Shown here in pieces: positions 45,637 to 52,803 of a stretch of 52,803 bases of DNA (its first letter is position 1; each line of letters starts with the position of its first letter). Made by a program: the position numbers and the translations under genes. The notes beneath the pieces were generated by a model. The model saw only the letters and a list, made by a program, of their open reading frames with translations. It ran no database searches and had not been told where the DNA came from. This DNA comes from a virus (lineage: Duplodnaviria; Caudoviricetes). Where the stretch lies: the IMG/VR virus record IMGVR_UViG_3300036781_000147, positions 1 through 52,803 of that record; one strand, 5' to 3'.

Positions 45637-47487
45637 TCAGGACGTCAGGGAAAGGTCGTCGTACTGCTCGCCGTAGCACGACGCCCAGTGCTCCCCCACG
45701 CGCGAGCAACCGAACGTGATGCGCACCCCGTGGAAGTCGAACGCCATAGAATCAGCAATCTTCTGGGCAACCTCCTGAGCGTTCTTACGGGGGATGCTCA
45801 GAACGATCTCGTCATGCACGATCACCCTCACGCGGCGGCGAATCTCCGGGGGAAGCTTCAGGATCGCCTCCGCCATGATGTCTCGGGTGGTCGACTGGCC
45901 GAGTCCGGCCGTCGCCTGGGTGTAGGCACGAGCCCGCTCGACACGCACCCGACGCCCATACGGGTTCACCAGTACCCGGTAGGGGTCATCCACGGGGACG
46001 ATCTGCCCGTAGGGCACCACGCCCGCCCGAGCCCGTACGTCCTCCTTCCACTGGGCGAGGATGGGGAATCCAGTCTTCATCCCCTGGTCGAACTGCATGG
46101 CGACGGCAAGCGGCACGTTGTGGTTGCGCACCATCGTGTTGGGGGACATGCCGTAGTTCCAGCCGTGCCCGAACACCTTGGCCCGGTCACGGTACTCACA
46201 GTCGCAGCGTCCGTCGTTGCGGTCCATCTCGGAGCGACATTCGGGGCGTTGGAAGACGCGCCACGCCACCTCGCTGTGCAGGTCCACGCCAGGGCCGAAC
46301 AGGGCCATATAGTCGGGATCCTGACACATGGCAGCAACCGCCCGAGCGTCGACCTGATCGGCGTCGATGGCCACGAGCACCTCGTCCGGCGAGTCGGACA
46401 TGATCATGCCCCTCTCGACTGCCTTACCGGACCGCTTGCCCAGCACGGTCAAGCCGGGGTCCTTCAGTGACCACCTGCCGGAATTCTGCTCCGGAGTGAT
46501 ACGGGGGTGGACCTTCCCGTCGTGAGTCCACTTGATCACTGACCCGTACACGGTCCGCTCCCCGTTGAGAGCCTTGATCGTCTGGATGATTCGTACAGCC
46601 TCATCATTCTTGCCCGTCAGGTTGCCGATCATCTCGTCCAAGACATCCTTGCCCATGGCGAGAGAGCCGTCCTTGCTGTGGGGCCAGTGAGTCTCAAGAG
46701 TCGACTCCTTCACGCCCACATCCACCAGTGCGCGGTGGAAGGCGGCTTTCCCTGCCATCGTCGTGTGGGGTTTCTTCCCCTCGGACGGCATGCCGTAGCG
46801 CTCGGTCAGCAGGGCCTTGCCCGCTTCGATGCGGGCCTGCCCTTCCTGGAAGCGGCGCAGCGTGTAGTCCATGTTGACACGGGCGCCCTCGATCGAAGTG
46901 CGGCCCATGGCGGCAGCCACCTGATGCTCACGGCGCAGGTATGCCTTGTCGGCGGCCGTGAAGTCGGCGTTCACCCGGGCCCGCTGACCGAGGTACGTAC
47001 CCTCGCTCGCCTCTACGTCGTGGGTCAGGTAGAGCTGGTAGTCCGGGTGGTCCAGGGGGATTCGGTCGTAGCCCTTGTACTTGCGCTTCAGCTTGTCCAG
47101 CTCGTCACTCTTGGACGGGGCGCCGTAGCGAGGGGCTACGTTGGCCAGCTTGTAGTAGCCGGTCGGCTGTGCGCCACGGGCCGCGACCGGGTCTACGTGG
47201 CGCTCTACGATCAGGGTGTCCCACGACTTGGCCACGAGCCGTTCGTAGTCGGCCCCCGCGTGGACAGCGAGAGCAATCAGGTCGTAATCCACGATGTTGT
47301 GGCCCGTGATCACGTCGGCGTCGTACAGCTCCGCCAGCAGACGGGAGACGTCGGTAGAGATGACGACTTTCCCCGAGCCGAGCTCGGTCCAGCCGCACAG
47401 GCGGATGTACCCCTGAGCGTCGTAGGACTGGTAGCTGAACAGCTCGTCGGCGCTGCCCGCCTCAATGTCGAACACGATCGTCTTCAC
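45637..47487 (-). CDS. polA: Family A DNA polymerase with 3'-5' exonuclease
   Basis: VFDIE, GHNIVDYD, HDV exo motifs; SGRWS, DADQVDAR, RDRAKVFGHGWNYG, VHDEI. Confidence 0.95.
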   Translation of the reverse strand: MKTIVFDIEAGSADELFSYQSYDAQGYIRLCGWTELGSGKVVISTDVSRLLAELYDADVITGHNIVDYDLIALAVHAGADYERLVAKSWDTLIVERHVDPVAARGAQPTGYYKLANVAPRYGAPSKSDELDKLKRKYKGYDRIPLDHPDYQLYLTHDVEASEGTYLGQRARVNADFTAADKAYLRREHQVAAAMGRTSIEGARVNMDYTLRRFQEGQARIEAGKALLTERYGMPSEGKKPHTTMAGKAAFHRALVDVGVKESTLETHWPHSKDGSLAMGKDVLDEMIGNLTGKNDEAVRIIQTIKALNGERTVYGSVIKWTHDGKVHPRITPEQNSGRWSLKDPGLTVLGKRSGKAVERGMIMSDSPDEVLVAIDADQVDARAVAAMCQDPDYMALFGPGVDLHSEVAWRVFQRPECRSEMDRNDGRCDCEYRDRAKVFGHGWNYGMSPNTMVRNHNVPLAVAMQFDQGMKTGFPILAQWKEDVRARAGVVPYGQIVPVDDPYRVLVNPYGRRVRVERARAYTQATAGLGQSTTRDIMAEAILKLPPEIRRRVRVIVHDEIVLSIPRKNAQEVAQKIADSMAFDFHGVRITFGCSRVGEHWASCYGEQYDDLSLTS

Positions 47488-47606
47488 ATTGATCCCTTCC
47501 GGTGATTGGGTGGTCCGCTCGATGGCGGATACCGGGTGTGTGGAGATGGTACAACGCGGATCAGGGCCGACGCAACTAGGCGTCAGCCCTGATCAGGTGG
47601 TGCGGT

Positions 47607-47819
47607 TCAGCGAGTGAGGGAGGCTCGGACGACCTCGCCCCGCTGGGTGAGCGTGAACCCCTCGTGCTCCCGGTTGTACGTGAGCCGATCGACAAGACCA
47701 AGGTCAATCAACTTCAGCAGGGTCGACAGCTTGGTCGCTCCCTGGTAGCGGCCGAACACCTTTCGTGTGTCCTGGATTGCTTCGATGATCTCAGGGGTGA
47801 GGTGAGAGGCCATGGTCAC
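47607..47819 (-). CDS. Small winged-helix-like hypothetical protein
   Basis: LLKLIDLGLV...FTLTQRG; GTGA overlap with upstream gene. Confidence 0.65.
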   Translation of the reverse strand: MTMASHLTPEIIEAIQDTRKVFGRYQGATKLSTLLKLIDLGLVDRLTYNREHEGFTLTQRGEVVRASLTR

Positions 47820-47947
47820 TTCCTGTCATTGTCGCGGTTGGCTTCCTGGCGGCGCTTACCGGCGCTCGACTTGCGCGCGTTACCGGTAGGGTTCTGGCCC
47901 ACCATGTCCCGGCCACTGTCCGGTTCGATCTTCTTCGGCTTGCCCAT
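47816..47947 (-). CDS. 43-aa basic hypothetical protein
   Basis: GAGGTAGGA RBS; below ORF-track cutoff. Confidence 0.55.
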   Translation of the reverse strand: MGKPKKIEPDSGRDMVGQNPTGNARKSSAGKRRQEANRDNDRK

Positions 47948-47959
47948 CGGTCCTACCTC

Positions 47960-48127
47960 TCAGTCCTGGTAGACGTCTCCGAGAGACACGTACGGGGTGA
48001 CTGTGGACCCGAGCCACCCGTAGCGGATCTCGTCGGCAGCGTTCTGAAGCTCCCCGACCGCGCCTTCCGGGTCCTCTTCGAACGCCAGCATCACGCGCTC
48101 TACCATCAGTGCTGCTCGCTCGTCCAT
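47960..48127 (-). CDS. 55-aa acidic hypothetical protein
   Basis: CAGGGA RBS; upstream TTGACA-N18-CATGAT promoter. Confidence 0.6.
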   Translation of the reverse strand: MDERAALMVERVMLAFEEDPEGAVGELQNAADEIRYGWLGSTVTPYVSLGDVYQD

Positions 48128-48192
48128 GTCTTATCCCTGTTCGGTGGTGATGCATTCATCATGCACCACCACCGCAGAGACTGTCAAGTTCC

Positions 48193-50466
48193 TCAGGCGA
48201 ACGGGTCACTGTCGGCGAACGGGTCGGGTGCGTCGAACCCGTCCTTCAGCGCGTCCATGTACGTGAGGCCCTGTACGGGCGTCAGACGCTCGATCACAGG
48301 CTCGGTGGCCACGGGTACCGGCTCCACGCTCAAAGGCGCCACAGAGGCTGCCTGAGCCGTTTCAGCGGGCATCTGCGGCTCGGGGACGGCAGGAAGCTTT
48401 GGCACTCCCCACGCGTCATCCATGTCGAGAACTCCAGACTCCTCAATCGGGTCCGGCTCGATGTCTTCCTGGTGCTCGTCGCCCGTGGTGATGACCACAT
48501 TGAAGGCGAGCGCCTTGTCCTTGGTCTTGCACAAGACTAGGTTCCCGGCGTTGTGCAGACGGGCGTAGAAGTTGTTCCGGCCGATGCGGATGTTCTGGTC
48601 CTTGGACCACTGGTTGAAGGCGTCGTAGACGGCCTTCCGGTTGGTGACCTTGTCGGCCGGACCCACCCGGTCCGCTTCGGCGTCGGTGAAGCGGAGCATC
48701 TCCCCCGCGAACTGAGCCACCAAGTCCGACTTGCGAGCGAACTTCTGCATGGTCTCAGCGTCCGAGGGACGGTACCCGCCACGGGCCAGGAACCTCTGGT
48801 ACGCCCTCACCCACCGGGTGAGAATCCCCGGCAGCTCCGCGTCCATGCGGACTTCGAGGGTCTTGTCCTCATGGCCCGCGAAGGAGTTGGGGAACTCGAA
48901 CGGCTTGATCCGCTCCACGTACGCGGCCGACTCCTCGTTGACCGTGGGCACCTCGTTGGCGGAGAAGGCCATCATCGCCTGGTTGGTGAAGCTGAACGGC
49001 TGCTTCCCCTTGCGCTCCGCTTCGATCGGGTCATCACCCGTGATCATCTTCCAGGCGGATAGGTCCTTCACGTGGCGGGAAGAGAGGTCGGCCGACACGT
49101 TGAGCATCTTGCCGTACAGGTTCGCGGACATGAACCGGTTCTCGCTGAGCTGGTGGAGGGACATCGCGCTGTGGTTCTCGTGGCCCGCGATCTTCGCCAG
49201 AATCCGCAGCATGGTCGACTTGCCGGAACGGGACGGGCCGAAGACGAACAGGGCCTTGGACGCGGTCCGGCTCGGGTCCAGCATCGTCCCGACCGTCTCC
49301 TCCAAGTCATCGATCATGTCGTCCAGGGCCGCATCGTCCATGCCCGGCCGACGCAGTGACTTGTGCAGCCACTCAAGGTAGAGCGGAGTCGCCACGTCGG
49401 GATCGTAGGGAATCGGGCTTTGCGCGGTGGACAGGTACTTCTGGTCGTGGGGCAGCATGCGGCCGGTTCTCAGGTCCACCATGCCGTTCGCACAGTTGAA
49501 CAGCGCGACTCCCTGGCGGTCGACCATCTCCATGCCGTCGTCGGAGAGCTGCTGACGAGCGTGAGCCTCCATCTGTTCCATGCGGCTGTGGGTGTAGCCG
49601 TTGCCGAGCATGCGGGTACAGGCGTACTGGAACGCCATGGGGTTCACCCGGAACGCGCCCCGTTCGTAGAACAGGATGTCGTGGTTCTGAGCGATGGCAC
49701 ACGGGTTGGCCTCGATCATGGCGATGGCAGCATCCTGCGCACTGAACTCCACAGGCGCCCCGGCCGCCTTGAAGAACCTGTCCGCGTCGCCCACGCTCGC
49801 ACGCTTGCGGGCTGGACGACGGGGGAGCTTCGGACCTGCCTTGGCAAGCCAGGTCCGAAGCGCATTGCCCCGCGCCTCGTCATTGTCGAACATGGCGAGC
49901 GCATCGTCCAGCCCCTGCTTACCCTGACCGATGGTCTTGACGATGCTGACCTCGTTGGCGTTGGACAGGTGCAGCCGCTCGCGCAGCTCGTCAGCCGCCT
50001 CCCAGACGTCGCGATTCGTGGACACGTCGGCGTCCAGCAGCAGGAAGGCGTCCCGTCCGTCCACGACGGACAGGTCAGCGTGGACGTACCCCCGGCAACC
50101 GGACATGCCGTAGACGGCGTACTCGGCAGGCGCGTGGGAAGCGGCAGCGTACTGCTGCTTGGTGCCCTCCACGATGATCACCTTGGTGCAGTTCTCGTTG
50201 TCCCTCACCCGGTTAAAGCCGACCTTGGACCCCTTGGGGAAGAGGTACTTGATCAGTCGGCCGTCGTCGTCCTTGGACGGGTTATCGGGCCGCAGCTGCA
50301 TCACGGGCTGTTCGCGGCCGTCGTCCCAGGGGAAGAGAAGACCGGTCTTTCCACGGCTGGTGTACTCAGCGATTCCGCTGGTGGCGATGACACCCGGCGT
50401 GATGGCGGAGTCGGTCAGCAACCGCAGGTGCGCCTCACTCAGAGTGCATTGCGTGGTAGGGTTCAT
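48193..50466 (-). CDS. DNA primase / SF3 helicase (TOPRIM-like + D5/P4-type)
   Basis: IIVEGTKQ, LLDAD, GLDD; NCANGMVDL; FGPSRSGKST; KMITGDD. Confidence 0.92.
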   Translation of the reverse strand: MNPTTQCTLSEAHLRLLTDSAITPGVIATSGIAEYTSRGKTGLLFPWDDGREQPVMQLRPDNPSKDDDGRLIKYLFPKGSKVGFNRVRDNENCTKVIIVEGTKQQYAAASHAPAEYAVYGMSGCRGYVHADLSVVDGRDAFLLLDADVSTNRDVWEAADELRERLHLSNANEVSIVKTIGQGKQGLDDALAMFDNDEARGNALRTWLAKAGPKLPRRPARKRASVGDADRFFKAAGAPVEFSAQDAAIAMIEANPCAIAQNHDILFYERGAFRVNPMAFQYACTRMLGNGYTHSRMEQMEAHARQQLSDDGMEMVDRQGVALFNCANGMVDLRTGRMLPHDQKYLSTAQSPIPYDPDVATPLYLEWLHKSLRRPGMDDAALDDMIDDLEETVGTMLDPSRTASKALFVFGPSRSGKSTMLRILAKIAGHENHSAMSLHQLSENRFMSANLYGKMLNVSADLSSRHVKDLSAWKMITGDDPIEAERKGKQPFSFTNQAMMAFSANEVPTVNEESAAYVERIKPFEFPNSFAGHEDKTLEVRMDAELPGILTRWVRAYQRFLARGGYRPSDAETMQKFARKSDLVAQFAGEMLRFTDAEADRVGPADKVTNRKAVYDAFNQWSKDQNIRIGRNNFYARLHNAGNLVLCKTKDKALAFNVVITTGDEHQEDIEPDPIEESGVLDMDDAWGVPKLPAVPEPQMPAETAQAASVAPLSVEPVPVATEPVIERLTPVQGLTYMDALKDGFDAPDPFADSDPFA

Positions 50467-50711
50467 GTCGTTCCTTCCATTTCTTAGCGGGTGTGGCGGG
50501 GCTCGGAGGCTCGGGGTGATCGTCCCGAGCCTCTTTCCTTTTTCCGTGTGGGTCTGACCGTAGACCCTATCTCACCCGATGTGCAACTTTGGATCACTAC
50601 AGCTGGTTGTGGCGGGACGTACACGCTCACGTGGGCCGGGTCCTCAAGTCGGGTGCCGGGCGGCGGTGCCAGCGTACCCCCTCCGCCGGGTGGACGGAGG
50701 GGGAGGGCCTG

Positions 50712-52535
50712 TCACGAGTTGACGTACGAGCCGAAGCGGTGGTCCAGCACCCGGCTCACCTTCGCCGCTGCGATGCAGTCGCTCGCCTCGCCCTTGCGCA
50801 TCGGCTCGGTAGGCCGGGACCCGAAGCGGGCGAGGATGGTCAGCTGCGCCTCGCTGGCAGGCTTGCGGCGCCATGAGGCACTCCGGCTGCCGTACTGGTA
50901 CCCCGCCTCGTCAGCGACGCGCTCAAGGGCTTCTACGGCTTCCTCTACGGAAACCGCCCCGTCGTCCAGCCGGGTTACCGGAGCGGTCGGGTACATGCCG
51001 TCCACGCGGCCCTGGAAGAACCCGCCGTCCGGCGCAGGCAGGAGGAACACGTGAGTCTCCGTGCCAATGGGAAGGAAGCGAATCCCGGCGTGCGTGGTCG
51101 CCCAGGCGTGCCGGGAGGCGTCCACCTTCTTCGCCAGGATGTTGACTTCCAGCAGGTCCGCCGCGTCGATCACCAGCTCCTCAGGTTCGACCACGTCACC
51201 CGCGAAGCACTCGCACCCCACAGCGCACTGGCACGGCTGCTCCTCCTCCACGCTCGGGACGATCTCGCAGTCACACGGGCACATGCCCGAGCCGACGCAC
51301 TCACAGACGCGCAGCGCCGGACACTCGTGGTTGCCGACACAGTCACATCCGCACTGGCGCATACCGCACTTGCACTGGCCACCTGAACAGCCACAGAGAA
51401 GGCACTCGCAGCGGCAGCTGGACGTGCAGTTGTCGGCCAGGTCATTGACGCCCGCGAGCGAGTGCTTCAACGACGCGCCCGCCACGTCCAGGACCACACA
51501 GTCGTCCTTGGACGGGTGGAGCCTCAGCCCCCGGCCGACCATTTGGATCATCAGTCCCGGGTTGATCGTGGGGCGGCCGACCAGAACGCATGACGTATGG
51601 GGCTGGTCCCACCCCTCCGTGGCGACCATGCAGTTCACCAGGACGGTGGTCTGACCCGAGGCGTACCGGTCGTACACGGCGGAGCGCTCTGCCGACTTCA
51701 TTGAGCCGACCACATACTCCGCACTCACGCCAGCCTCGTTGAACGCGTCGGTCATGCGCCTCGTCGTGTCAACATTCGGCATGAACGCCACCGTGGGCCG
51801 ACCAGCCGCGTGTGCTTGGTGCTGCTGGACGATCAAGCTGAACGCGTTCGCCTTGACCAGCATGGTGGCGATGTCGCCCGTGTTCAGGTCACCTGCCGTC
51901 ACGCGCGCCTGGTCCACGCTGAAGCCGGGGACGACCGCGCTGTAGGCGCGAGGCGGGACCAGGAAGCCTTGGGAGATCATCCACTCGATCTCCTTGGTGT
52001 AGGCCACTCGCTGCCACACCTCGGGCAGGCCACCCTGCATCCTGTTGAGCGTGGCGGTAAAGCCGACCACGGGGGTGCCCCCGTCCTCCATGGCGCCGTA
52101 GTGGCGGAGGATGTCCATGTACGACTTGGACGCGGCATGGTGGCACTCGTCCACGATGATCAGCCCGACGCGATCCAGCGCGGTCCGTCGCTTCTCCCGG
52201 GCCAAGGTCTGCACCGACGCCACGACGACATCGCAGAACTGCTGGTCCTTGCGGCCTCGGGACGCCTTGACGACGCACACCCATAGGCCGGGGTTCTGCA
52301 GCTTCACCCGGGCGGCAGCCTGATCAAGCAACTCCTCACGGTGGGCGAGGATGAGGATTCGCTTCCCCTGGGCCTTGAGCCGCTCGATGTGGCGGCCCAC
52401 CAGGGCGGAGAACACGGTCGTCTTGCCCGCCCCCACGGGGAGGATGCAGACGGGTCGGTTGAACCCCTCATCCCACAGGGACTCGATGGCGGTGATCGCC
52501 TCGTTCTGGTACGGGCGCAAGGTCACGGCAGGCAC
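50712..52535 (-). CDS. SF2 DEAD/DEAH-box helicase with Cys-rich insertion
   Basis: LRPYQ, PVGAGKT, DECHH, GFTAT, TEGWD, QMVGRGLR; AGGAAGGA RBS, GTG start. Confidence 0.93.
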   Translation of the reverse strand: MPAVTLRPYQNEAITAIESLWDEGFNRPVCILPVGAGKTTVFSALVGRHIERLKAQGKRILILAHREELLDQAAARVKLQNPGLWVCVVKASRGRKDQQFCDVVVASVQTLAREKRRTALDRVGLIIVDECHHAASKSYMDILRHYGAMEDGGTPVVGFTATLNRMQGGLPEVWQRVAYTKEIEWMISQGFLVPPRAYSAVVPGFSVDQARVTAGDLNTGDIATMLVKANAFSLIVQQHQAHAAGRPTVAFMPNVDTTRRMTDAFNEAGVSAEYVVGSMKSAERSAVYDRYASGQTTVLVNCMVATEGWDQPHTSCVLVGRPTINPGLMIQMVGRGLRLHPSKDDCVVLDVAGASLKHSLAGVNDLADNCTSSCRCECLLCGCSGGQCKCGMRQCGCDCVGNHECPALRVCECVGSGMCPCDCEIVPSVEEEQPCQCAVGCECFAGDVVEPEELVIDAADLLEVNILAKKVDASRHAWATTHAGIRFLPIGTETHVFLLPAPDGGFFQGRVDGMYPTAPVTRLDDGAVSVEEAVEALERVADEAGYQYGSRSASWRRKPASEAQLTILARFGSRPTEPMRKGEASDCIAAAKVSRVLDHRFGSYVNS

Positions 52536-52571
52536 GGGTACGTCCTTCCTGGTCACAGCGGGTGAGAGGCC

Positions 52572-52600
52572 AGTATAGCAACAGCCCCGCACTAGGTCAA
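52572..52600 (-). promoter_or_regulatory. Strong leftward promoter of replication arm
   Basis: TTGACC-N17-TATACT; -35 overlaps outer edge of the repeat arm. Confidence 0.8.
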
Positions 52601-52803
52601 GGACAACAACTCACTACCGTTACCTTCTCGTTATCCACCCCTCGCTGACCCCCTTCAAGATGTCCGTTTCTGTCCTGGTTTGGAAGGCACGGGGGTAGTT
52701 TTGGGAGCAGTTTTGGGAACGGCAAAAACCCGCTCTGACCTGGGAGAACAGGTGAGGCGGGGGTAGTTTTTCGGGGGAACCCACTCCAAATTCCTACAGT
52801 GAA
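52598..52803. repeat. Left arm of junction palindrome
   Basis: 52617-52803 is a direct repeat of 28216-28402 with 4 substitutions; contig ends exactly where the spacer would begin. Confidence 0.97.

Larger units (their letters stand above)
1..52803. mobile_element. Near-complete tailed bacteriophage genome (Streptomyces-type siphovirus, possible phage-plasmid), likely circular and broken at a palindrome
   Basis: Terminase, portal, capsid, tail, tape measure, lysis and replication modules all present; ends are reverse complements of each other; no host genes seen. Confidence 0.93.

Noticed and set aside
50467-50711. ncRNA or small gene between helicase and primase
   Set aside because: Two hairpins are present but no convincing ORF or recognisable RNA family

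Overview
Near-complete ~52.8 kb genome of a high-GC tailed (siphovirus-type) actinophage, very probably infecting Streptomyces (WhiB, TraB, HrdB-type promoters). Layout: rightward early/accessory genes (RuvC-like resolvase, HicA-like protein, a plasmid-type conjugation module with FtsK/SpoIIIE-family TraB); terminase; dCMP deaminase and ThyX; portal, MuF-protease fusion, capsid, tail (with a -1 frameshifted chaperone) and tape measure; GH25 endolysin/holin; then a leftward arm with WhiB, exonuclease, family A DNA polymerase, primase-SF3 helicase and an SF2 helicase. I found no integrase, ParA/B, terminal protein or protelomerase. Most striking points: (i) a Streptomyces TraB/Spd-type DNA transfer module, with clt-like repeats, inside a complete virion-encoding genome; (ii) two copies of a giant palindrome (187-bp arms), one intact inside the tail operon (28216-28678) and one split across the contig ends, where each copy's two arms share copy-specific substitutions; (iii) a genome-wide GTTGCA-N7-TGCAAC operator/promoter code, including a tandem array of promoter-gene cassettes; (iv) a 21-cysteine metallothionein-like insert in the helicase. 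All product calls come from motif recognition and synteny by eye; no database searches were run.
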